This document shows positions 1 to 10,200 of a stretch of DNA of 64,000 nucleotides, piece after piece. The notes beneath the pieces are model-generated. The model saw nothing but the letters and a program-made list of their open reading frames with translations. It did no database searches and was not told the origin of the DNA. Numbering within the stretch: position 1 is the first letter of the stretch; each line of letters begins with the position of its first letter. The stretch covers positions 128,001 to 192,000 of the forward strand of contig JAVJSW010000049.1 of the NCBI GenBank assembly GCA_040219255.1. The letters run 5' to 3'. The DNA comes from Sumerlaeia bacterium. GTDB lineage: Bacteria > Sumerlaeota > Sumerlaeia > SLMS01 > JAHLLQ01. Position numbers and translations under genes: made by a program.

Positions 1-2
1 GC

Positions 3-845
3 CTGGAATATCTTCGCGAGACCAGCGATGGCACCGGCCATTCCTTCCACCTCGAAGCTCTCGCCGAAAACCTCGGCTACTCCAAAGGCAAGAACCACGG
101 CGCGAGCCTCTGCCGGGGCAAATATATCTGGCTGCTGGACAACGACATCGAAGCCGACCCGGGCGCCGTCACCCGCCTCGTCGATCACATGGAAGCCCAC
201 GAGGCCGTCTGGGCCAGCATGCCGCTCCTCTACGATGGCACCGAGCGCGACCGTGTCTTCAACAGCGGCGGAAAATTCACGCCCTACGGCATCAGCTTTC
301 GCGGCAACGCCAACCTGCGAAGTCGCACGCTGGACCCGGCGACCGAGGCCGTACCGATTTCCTATCCGGCGGGCGGCGTGCTTTTTGTGAGGCGCGACTG
401 GTGGGAGCGCTCCGGCGCCTTCGATCCTATGGCGCGGTTGTACCTCGACGACTACGATTTCGGCGCCCGGACCTGGGTGGCGGGGGGCGAGGTGCACCTG
501 GTCCTGACCGCCCGCACCTATCACCACGAGGACGCACCGAACGATTACATGGAGCGCGGCGATTGGAAATGGCGCGAGGAATTCCGCGGCGGCGCGATGT
601 TCTTGATAAAGAATTTTCAAATGCGCAACGTGCTTGTCATGCTGCCGCTGTTGCTGGCGCGGCATGGCGTGCAGATTCTGAAAGTGGCCTGGTTCCGCAG
701 GCGCCCGCTCTTCGTCTTCACGGTGTGGCTGCCGTCGCTGGCCAGCCTCCTCGCCCCCGAAACGCGGCGCCATCTCGCGAACGAGCGGCGGCGCGTTCAA
801 GCACTGCGCACCCGCCCCGACCGCGATTTTCTCTTCAAGGTGTGA
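3..845 (+). CDS. Glycosyltransferase family 2 (5'-truncated by window edge)
   Basis: The frame of ORF 189..845 stays open back to base 3 and reads ...ENLGYSKGKNHGA...GKYIWLLDNDI (GT-A DxD region), followed by 'GAFDP...LYLDDYDFGAR', typical of GT2 rhamnosyltransferase-like enzymes. Confidence 0.8.
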   Translation: MEYLRETSDGTGHSFHLEALAENLGYSKGKNHGASLCRGKYIWLLDNDIEADPGAVTRLVDHMEAHEAVWASMPLLYDGTERDRVFNSGGKFTPYGISFRGNANLRSRTLDPATEAVPISYPAGGVLFVRRDWWERSGAFDPMARLYLDDYDFGARTWVAGGEVHLVLTARTYHHEDAPNDYMERGDWKWREEFRGGAMFLIKNFQMRNVLVMLPLLLARHGVQILKVAWFRRRPLFVFTVWLPSLASLLAPETRRHLANERRRVQALRTRPDRDFLFKV

Positions 846-857
846 AACCGAGGACCC

Positions 858-1283
858 TTACCGCCGGCAGCGGCAACGCGGACAAACCGCATAACGATCG
901 TAGCAACTGTCGATCACCAGTGGAATCCAGAACAGAATCCAGCACATCACCAGCAGAATCACCAGGATGATGACCCCCGTCGTGTTGAACGCCCGCTTCA
1001 ACTGCACCGGCCCAGTGTAGCCGCAAACCGGGCAGGCCGCGGAGGCGACCAGGCCGGTGGAGTGATAACTCAAGTACGGGTCGTGCTCGCCATCGGCAGA
1101 GGCCGGAACCGGCAAGGCGAAAGCCGCCGGGAACACTTCGATAGCCGGTTTCCAGTCCGCCATGCCCTCGCACCAGACCAGCACCGAATCCGCCAATCGG
1201 CCGTGGCGCAATGCTTCCTCCAGCTCGGACTCGCTGTAGGTCAGGGTTTCTCCACTGTCGAGAGCGACGCGAAACTGCTTCAT
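858..1283 (-). CDS. GYF_2 (DUF4339)-like domain fused to LITAF-like zinc-ribbon membrane domain
   Basis: N-terminal 'LVWCEGMADWKPAIEV' (GYF_2-like); C-terminal CPVC - hydrophobic stretch - CPRC (LITAF-like layout). Confidence 0.7.
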   Translation of the reverse strand: MKQFRVALDSGETLTYSESELEEALRHGRLADSVLVWCEGMADWKPAIEVFPAAFALPVPASADGEHDPYLSYHSTGLVASAACPVCGYTGPVQLKRAFNTTGVIILVILLVMCWILFWIPLVIDSCYDRYAVCPRCRCRR

Positions 1284-1387
1284 GGCCTGGGCGGGCGTCC
1301 GATAGGAAGATCGAAGGGTCGATCAAACCCTGGGCATAGCCCGGGAATGGGGCAAGCGGGATGGCCGCCCCGGGGCTTTCTTGAGTC

Positions 1388-1425
1388 AAAAAAAATACCC
1401 CGCGGCTTTGCGGAAAGCGGCGGGG
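1388..1425 (-). terminator. Probable intrinsic terminator after rsmG
   Basis: Stem CCCCGC.GCTTT/AAAGC.GCGGGG next to an A-run (U-tract on minus strand), downstream of the rsmG stop. Confidence 0.55.
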
Positions 1426-1462
1426 AATGGAAATTGGCCGGTGTGGCGAAGGCGCGGCGGGC

Positions 1463-2227
1463 TTAGCCGCGACTGGCGCGGAGCGGGCGCTTGGCGGGGA
1501 TGCCTTCGCGGCGCGGGTAGCGGTCCGGAGTCAGGCCCGTCTTGGGAATCCAGAGGGCGCTGCTGGGCTTGGCGCCGGGGCCGGGGGTATAGGTGCGAAC
1601 TTCCGGTTCACCGGCGCCGAGCTTATCGAGGGCGAAACGGGCGTCGTCGATTTCCTCGCTCACCTTCGGACCGCTCGGGCCCTTGAAGGTCAGCATCCAG
1701 CCATCGAGAACGAGATAGGGCAGGCAGAGTTCGAGGGCGATGGGCAAGGGGGCGAGGGCGCGGCAGGTCACCAGGTCGAAGCGTTCGCGCCAGCGCAGTT
1801 CGCGGGCATGGATTTCCGCGCGGCCGTCCAGGATCGTGCAGTTCTTGAGTTCGAGCGTATCGATGACTTCCTGGAGGAACTCCAGCTTCTTCTTGTTCGA
1901 CTCCATCAGGAAGACGTCGCACTCGGGCCAGTAGATGGCATAGACGATGCCGGGGAGGCCAGCGCCGGTGCCCACATCGAGCAGTTCTTCGGGGCACTCT
2001 TCGAGGAAGCCTTCGGGGGCCGTTTCAAGAGGGGCGAGGGCGTCGCCGACGACGTGGGTGACGAGTTCTTCGTAGTCGCGGAAACCGGTCAGATTGTTGT
2101 CCCGGCCCCGATTTTTCAGCATGTCGAGATAGGTCTCGTACTTTTCCAGAGCGGTGGCGCGGTGGCCGTTGAGGTTCTGGAGATAGGGCTCGATGTGTTC
2201 TGCGAGAAGGGACTGAAGTTCGTTCAT
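1463..2227 (-). CDS. rsmG: 16S rRNA m7G527 methyltransferase RsmG (GidB)
   Basis: NLTG, HVVGDAL, LLDVGTGAGLPG, ESNKKK, GRAE, FDLVTCRA, YPRREGIPAKRPL motifs; ATG at 2227 overlaps upstream stop (ATGA). Confidence 0.93.
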   Translation of the reverse strand: MNELQSLLAEHIEPYLQNLNGHRATALEKYETYLDMLKNRGRDNNLTGFRDYEELVTHVVGDALAPLETAPEGFLEECPEELLDVGTGAGLPGIVYAIYWPECDVFLMESNKKKLEFLQEVIDTLELKNCTILDGRAEIHARELRWRERFDLVTCRALAPLPIALELCLPYLVLDGWMLTFKGPSGPKVSEEIDDARFALDKLGAGEPEVRTYTPGPGAKPSSALWIPKTGLTPDRYPRREGIPAKRPLRASRG

Positions 2228-2940
2228 AGGACGTACACCGGTGGCTGGCGGAACAGGAATCGCCATTGGGCGAGGAGTCCGGCCAGCAGGATTTTGAGAT
2301 TGAAGGTGGATTGGCCCGCGCGGCGTTCCTCAAAAAGAATGGGAACCTCCGCGAAGGTCGCGTTTTGGGCTTTCGCTGCGACGAGGATTTCCTGAACCAG
2401 AGCGGGTCCGCGGGAATTGACCCGGCTCCAGTCGATGCCCTCCAGCACCGGGCGCCGGAAAATCCGGTAGCCCGACGTGCAATCCCGGATGGGCAGGCGC
2501 AGCAGGATTCGAATGTAGAGATTGGCCGCCAGCGTGATCAGCTTGCGGATGCCGCGGCGCCCGGTTTCTCCCCCACCTGTCACCAGGCGGGACCCGATCA
2601 CCACATCGGCGCTTTCCGTGGCTTTGAGCATGCGGGGCAGGAAGCGGGGATGGTGTGACCAATCCGCGTCCATTTCCACAATCAGGTCGGCCCCCAGGTC
2701 GAGGGCCTTTTGAAAACCCGCCACACCGGCGGTGCCGCGGCCGCGGTCCGCCGTGCGGTGGAGCAAATGCACCCGGGGCTCGGCGGCGCACTTTTCCGCC
2801 ACCAGTTTCCAGGTACCATCCGGCGAGTTGTCGTCGATCACGAGCACCTCAAGACACGGAGAGATGGCGAGAAGAGCCTCCACCAGCGGGAGAATGTTCC
2901 GGGCTTCGTTGTAAGTCGGCAGCGTCGCCAGAATTCTCAT
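2224..2940 (-). CDS. Polyprenol monophosphomannose synthase-like GT2 (DPM1-like)
   Basis: PTYNE, IDDNSPDGT, EMDADWSH, VVIGSR, DCTSGYR, EVPILFEERRAGQS motifs. Confidence 0.9.
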   Translation of the reverse strand: MRILATLPTYNEARNILPLVEALLAISPCLEVLVIDDNSPDGTWKLVAEKCAAEPRVHLLHRTADRGRGTAGVAGFQKALDLGADLIVEMDADWSHHPRFLPRMLKATESADVVIGSRLVTGGGETGRRGIRKLITLAANLYIRILLRLPIRDCTSGYRIFRRPVLEGIDWSRVNSRGPALVQEILVAAKAQNATFAEVPILFEERRAGQSTFNLKILLAGLLAQWRFLFRQPPVYVL

Positions 2941-3466
2941 CGCAGAGACTGCTTCGTTTCCAGGCGCCGGGATGGAACGGGAAAGGCGGGATCAGGAAAG
3001 TCCGAGGGACGTAAAGGAGCCTTCGAATCGCGAAGAAGAAAAACGGTTTTCTTCTTCAATCCCCTGCCCAACGAGGCGGTGACCATACGATTCAAAACCT
3101 CGCGGTTTTCGGTCTATCCTGGCCCGGTCTCAACTGCTCAACCAAGCGCGGCCATATGGGTGAAAGCATTGACTTGATTGGGTTTCCCCGGCAAGCGAAA
3201 AATCCGAAAAAGAGGGCGCAAGCCGTTTTTTCATCTTTGACAGAGAGAACCCCACCAACGACCCAAAACACTGAAAATCCATACGTTACATACCGATTTC
3301 AGAGCGAATTTGCACCTTAAATTTTCCTGTGAAGCGAACGAAAACCGATCCCCGCCCACGCAACGGTTATCCCCCGCCTTTTGAAACGGCCCGAATACAC
3401 AGCGGTCCAATTCCGATAACGGCGGCGAAAAACAAAATGTTTCTTGGAGGAAAAAGCGGAAGAAAA

Positions 3467-3543
3467 TGGTCGGGGTGGCGAGACTCGAACTCGCGACCTC
3501 CCGCTCCCGAAGCGGACGCGCTAGCCAACTGCGCCACACCCCG
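3467..3543 (-). tRNA. tRNA-Pro(CGG)
   Basis: Reverse complement CGGGGTGTGGCGCAGTTGGCTAGCGCGTCCGCTTCGGGAGCGGGAGGTCGCGAGTTCGAGTCTCGCCACCCCGACCA: 77 nt, cloverleaf, anticodon loop TT-CGG-GA, GTTCGA T-loop, encoded CCA. Confidence 0.96.
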
Positions 3544-3696
3544 ACACAAGGGACGGCAGTGAACGCAACCCGCCCCGGCCCCGTCAACGGAAAAGCGAGG
3601 AAAATCCGCCACCCCCACGCCTTTCCTTGCTTCGCGCCGCGCCTCTGGTCTCAAATCCAGACTCCCGACTTCTCTGGTTCTGGATTTTTCGCGGTC

Positions 3697-5142
3697 ATGA
3701 CCACCCAAGACCCCGCACCTCCCTTCTCCACCGATATGGAAGAAAACCTCGCCGATACCCGTCCCATCGGCGCCGGGTTTCGCGCGCCCTTCTCTCCCAC
3801 CTTGATTCCCGGGGTGGAACTCTCGCGCCACCTCGGCTCCGGCGCCAGCGCCTCCGTCTACCTCGGCCGCGACGGCGAGACGGGCCAGCAGGTCGCCGTC
3901 AAGATTCTGTCCGAATACTACTGCGCCTATCCGGAAGCCCTCAAGCGGTGGGAGCGCGAAGCGGCCGCCGTCGAAAAACTCCGCCACCCCAACATCGTCC
4001 GCGGCCTGCGCCACGGCACCACCGGCGGCCGGCCCTGGATGCTGATGGAGTTCTTGCAGGGCGAAACCCTCGCCAATCGGCTCCGCCGCAAAGGCATCAT
4101 TCAGGAGGAGGAAGTCTTCCGCATCGCCGAGGCGGTCCTTCAGGCTCTGAAGGAAGCCCACAAATTCAGCATCATCCACCGCGACATCAAACCCAGCAAC
4201 ATCCTGATCGCCCAGGACGAAGTACTGAAGCTGATGGATTTCGGCCTGGCCAAGGTGGAGGACGACCGCGACCTGACGCAGCTCGGGGCGGTCCTGGGCA
4301 CGCCGATCTACATCTCGCCCGAGCAGGCCCGCGGCGACCTGGACGTCGACATCCGCAGCGATTTCTACTCCCTCGGCGTCATGCTCTACCACCTGGCGAC
4401 AGCGGAAACGCCCTTCAGCGAGTTCAACACGTCGCTTCTGCTGACCAAGAAAATCACCGACGATGTGCCGGACGTGCGTTACGCGAAGCCGGACGCGAGC
4501 GCCGGACTGGCGTTGATGGTTCACCGGCTTTGCGCCCGCGAACGCACCAATCGCCCCGACAATCCGGACAAGGCCCTCGAACTGCTCGATCTTGTTCGGC
4601 GCGGCGAAATCACCACCGTCAATTTCGCCAAAGCCATCCCGGAAAGCGGTCGCGCCGCCCTGCGTCCCGTGAAGCCCAACGACACCGACATGCGCGACAG
4701 CCACCCGGTGTTCCGCACCCTACTGGACGACGGCACGCTGCACGAACCGCCCAAGCTTCTGAAAGAAGGCACCGTCCTCTTTTACGAAGACGACACGAGC
4801 CGCGAGGCCTACGTCTTTCTCCACGGCAAACTGGAAGTCCTCAAGGCCGGCCGCCGCATCGCCGTGATCGAGGAGTCGGGCAGTTGGATCGGCGAAATGT
4901 CCTCACTCCTGGAAGCCCCCCGCACCGCCACGGTGCGCGCGCTCGAGGACAGTTTGCTGCTCGAAGTGGAGGAGGAGGAATTCAAAACGTTCCTCTATAA
5001 GCACACGGAAATGTGCTACGGTCTGGCGAAGTCGCTGGCGGAACGGCTGGAGAAAACCAACCAGCAACTCCGCGATTCGCAGCGGCGGCTGGCGGTGATT
5101 CGCAAGCACTTCAAAATGGTGGCGAAGGAGATCGAGGAGTAG
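3697..5142 (+). CDS. Hanks-type Ser/Thr protein kinase with C-terminal cyclic-nucleotide-binding domain
   Basis: LGSGASASVY, VAVK, HPNIV, HRDIKPSN, DFG, GTPIYISPEQ, SDFYSLG; C-terminal 'GEMSSLLEAPRTATVRA' cNMP phosphate-binding cassette. Start moved from 3466 (inside the tRNA) to ATG 3697. Confidence 0.9.
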   Translation: MTTQDPAPPFSTDMEENLADTRPIGAGFRAPFSPTLIPGVELSRHLGSGASASVYLGRDGETGQQVAVKILSEYYCAYPEALKRWEREAAAVEKLRHPNIVRGLRHGTTGGRPWMLMEFLQGETLANRLRRKGIIQEEEVFRIAEAVLQALKEAHKFSIIHRDIKPSNILIAQDEVLKLMDFGLAKVEDDRDLTQLGAVLGTPIYISPEQARGDLDVDIRSDFYSLGVMLYHLATAETPFSEFNTSLLLTKKITDDVPDVRYAKPDASAGLALMVHRLCARERTNRPDNPDKALELLDLVRRGEITTVNFAKAIPESGRAALRPVKPNDTDMRDSHPVFRTLLDDGTLHEPPKLLKEGTVLFYEDDTSREAYVFLHGKLEVLKAGRRIAVIEESGSWIGEMSSLLEAPRTATVRALEDSLLLEVEEEEFKTFLYKHTEMCYGLAKSLAERLEKTNQQLRDSQRRLAVIRKHFKMVAKEIEE

Positions 5143-5165
5143 GCGTGGTGGGGGATCTTTTTTTC

Positions 5166-5382
5166 GCCACGGATGGACGCGGATAGACGCGGATGGGGTG
5201 GTTGGTGAGGGAGTGTAGGTGGTTGAAAGCGAAGGGGAATTTTATTTTTGTTTTGGAAACTACAGATAGTTCGTCCAATAAATACAATTTGCGGAATTCT
5301 TATATTCTCAAGAGTATGTAATTAAAATACTTTCCTCCCCCGCCACAAACCCCATCCGCGTTCATCCGCGTCCATCTGTGGC
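5166..5382. repeat. Pair of 34-bp periodic elements in inverted orientation around an AT-rich core
   Basis: 5166-5199 GCCACGGATGGACGCGGATAGACGCGGATGGGGT matches the reverse complement of 5349-5382 at 31/34; 10-bp internal periodicity. Confidence 0.85.
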
Positions 5383-5408
5383 TAAATTAAAAATCCTTCT
5401 CACCACCC

Positions 5409-6956
5409 CTACCCCTTCACCACCTGCATCACCATCGCCTTCGGCCCATCATCCAGGCCTTGCTCGGCCATTTCGATGGCGCGCAGGACGCCCCGGGCTT
5501 TGTTGAGGGTTTCCTGGTATTCGTTCTCGGGAACGGAGTCCGCCACGATGCCGGCACCTGCCTGGACGTAGGCTTTGTCGCCCAGCAGCAGCGCGGTGCG
5601 GATGACGATGGCCGAGTCCATGGCGCCGTTGAATCCGAAGTAGCAGACGGCCCCGGCGTAAGGGCCGCGGCGCACGGGTTCGAGTTCGTCGATGATTTCC
5701 ATGGCGCGGATTTTCGGCGCGCCGCTCACCGTGCCCGCCGGAAAGCTGGCCTCGAGGAGATCGAAGGCGTCCCTGCCCTCTTGCAGTTCGCCGACGACGT
5801 TGCTGACAATGTGCATGACGTGGCTGTAGCGTTCGATAATCTGGAAGGCATCGACCCGCACCGTGCTGAAGCGGCAGACGCGGCCGAGGTCGTTGCGGCC
5901 CAGATCGACCAGCATGATGTGTTCGGCGATTTCTTTCTCGTCCGCCAGAAGATCCTTCTCCAGCGCGAGATCTTCCTCGGGCGTCGCGCCGCGGGGGCGG
6001 GTGCCGGCGATGGGGCGCAGGTTGGCCCGGCCTTGCTCGTCGCAACGCACCAGAATTTCCGGCGAGCTGCCCGCGATCTGCAGATCGCCGCAGGACAGAT
6101 AGAACATGTAGGGCGATGGATTGACCGCCCGCAGCGCCCGGTACACGTCGAAGGGATTGCAACTGATGCGGGTGCAAAGGCGCTGGCTGAGGACGACCTG
6201 GAAGATGTCGCCGGCGGCGATGTATTCCTTGGCGCTGCGGACGGCGTCTTCGAAGCCTTGCTTGGTGAAAGAGGAGACCGGATCGGCGCTCTTGCCGGTG
6301 CCGTTGCCCGCCGCCGGGCGGCGGCGGGGCATGGGGCGATAGGGGGCGGTGACGCGTTCGTGCAGTTTCCCCAGCCGATAGAGCGCGTCGGCGTAGGCCT
6401 GCTCGGCCTCGGCCGGCGCTTCGCACTTGGCGTTCACGATCAGGATCATGCGGCGCTTGGCGTGATCGAAGGCCACCAACTGATCGGCCACCATGAAGAG
6501 GTACTCGGGCGTGCCCAGTTCGTCCGGGTTTTCGTCGGGAACGCGCTCGATGTCGCGCACCGCGTCGTAGGCCATGAAACCCACGGCGCCACCGGTGAAG
6601 GGCGGCAGGTCCGGGTCGGGCACAAAGCGGTAATGGCCCATGATTTCGCGCAGCGTCGCCAGGGGCCGGCCCTGACGGGAAATGGGACGCTCGTCGCGCT
6701 CGAAGAGGATTTCCTGGCGATCGCCCTGGGACTTGTAAATCAAGTACGGATCGGCCCCCAGGAAGGAATAGCGCCCCACCTGATCGCCGTTTTCCACGCT
6801 TTCCAGGAGGAAGGAAAAGGGGCTGTCGGCGAGCTTGCGGTAAACGGAAACGGGCGTTTCCAAATCCGCGAGGATTTCCTGATAAATCGGGATCAGGTTG
6901 CCTTGCTGGGCGCGCTCTTTGAACTGGTCGAGGGTGGGGCGAATCAGGGCGGTCAT
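5409..6956 (-). CDS. trpE: Anthranilate synthase component I
   Basis: DLETPVS, FLLESVE, GRYSFLG, GDIFQVVLSQR, NPSPYM, GSSPEIL, PIAGTRPRG, EHIMLVDLGRND, FPAGTVSGAPK, QAGAGIVADS. Confidence 0.95.
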   Translation of the reverse strand: MTALIRPTLDQFKERAQQGNLIPIYQEILADLETPVSVYRKLADSPFSFLLESVENGDQVGRYSFLGADPYLIYKSQGDRQEILFERDERPISRQGRPLATLREIMGHYRFVPDPDLPPFTGGAVGFMAYDAVRDIERVPDENPDELGTPEYLFMVADQLVAFDHAKRRMILIVNAKCEAPAEAEQAYADALYRLGKLHERVTAPYRPMPRRRPAAGNGTGKSADPVSSFTKQGFEDAVRSAKEYIAAGDIFQVVLSQRLCTRISCNPFDVYRALRAVNPSPYMFYLSCGDLQIAGSSPEILVRCDEQGRANLRPIAGTRPRGATPEEDLALEKDLLADEKEIAEHIMLVDLGRNDLGRVCRFSTVRVDAFQIIERYSHVMHIVSNVVGELQEGRDAFDLLEASFPAGTVSGAPKIRAMEIIDELEPVRRGPYAGAVCYFGFNGAMDSAIVIRTALLLGDKAYVQAGAGIVADSVPENEYQETLNKARGVLRAIEMAEQGLDDGPKAMVMQVVKG

Positions 6957-7157
6957 GGCTTCCGAACCGGTCGAGTATGGGATCGTTGGGGCCGGGAGTG
7001 TGACAACGGCGCGGCGGGAATGCTAGCGGGAAGTGGAACGACGGCCGGATCGAGGGAACTTGGAGCGGAGGGGGCCGCGTGGAGTTTCTGCGGGAGGAGC
7101 GCGGGAGGGGCCTTGAAAGCTCGATCCCTGAGTAGGCAAGCTTTATTTTTGTAGTCA

Positions 7158-7255
7158 GATTTTTAAATTCAAGAATCTGGCTTTAAGCCCTTGACAAGAA
7201 TGCTTTTCTGGACTTCAGGTGCTTTCGAATCTACTTATTAGAGTCGATTTAATAA
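7158..7255 (+). promoter_or_regulatory. Promoter region of GH114-like gene: TTGACA (7191), GATTTTTAAA motif (7158), palindrome TTATTA-N9-TAATAA (7235-7255)
   Basis: AT-rich intergenic stretch with a perfect -35 hexamer and a dyad; AGGAG RBS just before ATG 7277. Confidence 0.5.
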
Positions 7256-7276
7256 TCGTCTCCAGGAGTTATCCCG

Positions 7277-10200
7277 ATGAGTCCAACCCATCAGAGCGCC
7301 CTCGCCACCGCGGGCCTCCTCGCTCTCGCCTTCACAGGGGCGTCCGCCACGGCGGCCACCCCTGTGGAGCGCTTCACCAATCAGGACACGTACTACATCT
7401 ACTACGGCGCCTGGGACTCCACCCGCATCGACACGGTCGAGTCGAACGGCTACAAAATCGTCGTCTGCGAACCCCGCAATCTCGTCCGCAGCCAAGTCGA
7501 AGACATCCAGGACGGCGCCGACGACATCTCCGGCAACAGCGACGACATCCGCGTCCTGGGCTACATCTCCCTGGGCGAGGACAACCGCCCGTCGATCTAC
7601 ACCACCGACGGCAGCGGCAACACTGTGTTCGCCCCGGTCAGTGGCGGCACCGGCCCCCGCATGGATCCGCGCCTGAACCCCACGACCGGCGCGGCGCCTT
7701 CGCCGATGCCGAGCATCGAGAGCACGATCAACGGCGACGGCTCCGCTTCCCTCGGCCTCCCCTCGCCCGGCGGCACGGGCTACGCCAGCTTCTACCTGGA
7801 TCAGGCACCCTTCGACGGCTACCCCGACGCCAACGGCGAATTCGCCGGCGCCTTCGTCAACGCCGGCGATCCGGCCTGGTACACCACCGTCAAGAACATG
7901 GTCCAGTCGGTCGATGGCAACTGCGGCCTGGATGAAATCATGACGACCACGGTGGGCAAGGGCCTCGGCTGCGACGGCATCTTCATGGACACGATCGACA
8001 CCTGCGCGCCGAACAACTTCAGCCCGCTGACCCAGTTCGAATGGACCGGCCCGGGCTATCGCCAGCTCATCAAGACCATCCGCGAAGCCTACACCGACAA
8101 AATCCTGCTGCAAAACCGCGGCACCTTCTTCTTCCGCACCGACGTCGAGCACTACAACTTCACCGTCCGCCCCTATGTGGACATGGTGTTTTTCGAGAGC
8201 TACTACGGCGACTCGAACGACTTCGACACGCAGAGCCCCTACCTGAACGACAACAAGTGGAACGTCGGCAAGAAGATGAACGCCGAAGCGGACCGCGACG
8301 ACGGCTTCACGGTCCTCTCGCTCGGGTACCTCGAACCCCGCGCCGTGCGTGACACCATCACCATCGATGGCACCGTGACGGATTGGGACGCGGAGTCCCG
8401 CCTGCAAGTCAACGGCACCACCCCCGGCACCGACCCGATCCAGGCCGTCTATGCCAGCAACGACGCCAACTACCTGTATCTGCGCATCTCGACACTGGCG
8501 GGCACGAATCTGAATTCGTCGAACTTCAACATCTACTTCGACACGGACGACGAAGCCGACTACGGCGACATCTCGACCTTCGACAACACCGGCGTGGCTT
8601 GCGGCACGGCGGTGCAGAGCGGCTACGTGCCCACCGGCGCGACGGAAAACGCCGACATCTGGTGCCCCGCCTCCGGTTCGGTGGTGACCATCACGGACTC
8701 GCGCATTCGCTCCGAACTGCTCTATCAATGGGGCGGACTCTACAGCCAGGACACCGGCGTCTTCAACGTGAACGGCTCCATCGGCTCGGCCACGGTGGCC
8801 GCCAACGGCACCCAATCGGAGTGGGAAATCCGCATTCCCCGCAGCATCACGCACCCCAGCAACCACGGCCGCTATCCGAACGAGAGCGTCTTCGGCGCCG
8901 ACGGCTCCCACGTCCTGATGACCATGTCGTTCCACGACGGCAGCACCACCACCTGGTTCCCCCACGAGTTCCATCGCGGCTTCGAGAAGAACGTCGGTTA
9001 CCGCTTCGAGCAGGCAAGCCCCGGCTCGGTTTACGACGGCGACTTCGAAGAGTCCCAGGAAATCCAGGGGTGGCTGCTCTACGAGACGGATAAGTTCCTC
9101 TCCTTCGCCCCCAACACCCGCACCACCACCTGGAACAGCCAGAATGCCGACACCTCGGCTCCAGTCTGGGGCACCACCGCCAATGGCTTCATCGCCCGCG
9201 GCGGCTCGCCCACCAACAGCGCCCGCACCGGCATCCAGGAAGTCGTCGCTGGCGACGGCGAAGTGACGGTCCGCTGGGATCTCGCCGATGACCAGACCCG
9301 CCCGGTTCGCTACAAAATCTACTACGCCCCCGACGCCACCGCCGGTTCCGACATGACGGTTTCGCCATGGGTCAATACAGGCCTGGTTTCCGGAACCGCT
9401 CCGGCCAACTACAAGTACGGTTCCTGGACCGCCAACAACACGAACGTCTATTCCAATGAATACACCGTCACCGGCCTGGACAACGGCGTCACCTACCGCT
9501 TCTGCGTCCGGGCCGTGGACAGCGCTTCCACCCCCCACGAAACGACCAACACGAACACCCTGACGGCCACTCCGCAGGTCAACGGCGGCTCGGCCTGGGC
9601 GACGATCACCGTCGATGGCAGCTTCAGCGATTGGCCCGCAGCCGCCAAAATCTGGGAAGACCCCAGCGGCGACAACGGTACCGCCACCTCCGACGTCAAA
9701 GCCATCTGGGTCGCCAACGATGCGGATAACATCTATATGCGCGTCGAAACCCACAACAGCCACGACTTCCCGAACCAGTACAACAACATCTACTTCGACA
9801 CCGATCTGAACGGCAGCGACACGGCCTTCAACCCCCACGGCATCGGCGCCATCTTCAGCGAACTGCTGCTCCAGGGCGGCTCGCTCTATTCGCAGAAGAA
9901 CGGCAACTTCAACGATGGCTCGCTGGGTACCGTCGGCATATCACCCTTCGCCGTGAACGCCACCAGCTGGGAATGGTCCATCCCGCGCAACCTGCAGCAC
10001 CCCTCCGGCCTCGGCGGCGGCGACGTCTTCTCCTCCACCGGGTTCAAGGTCCTCGTGACCAGCGGCAGCTCGTCCTCCGATGAATTGGCCGGCGCGGCCA
10101 CCTACACCTTCGCCACCCCGTCCACCTACGCCACCATCACCGCCGACGGCACCCTCGGCGCCGGCGAATGGCCCGCCTCCGCCAAGGTTTACAGCGATCC

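Noticed and set aside
3000-3466. Possible integrative element at the tRNA-Pro 3' end
   Set aside because: AT-richer spacer, but no integrase and no duplicate of the tRNA 3' end seen in the window.
3466-3696. Kinase N-terminal extension overlapping the tRNA
   Set aside because: The ATG lies at the antisense tRNA 3' end; a downstream ATG gives a normal kinase.
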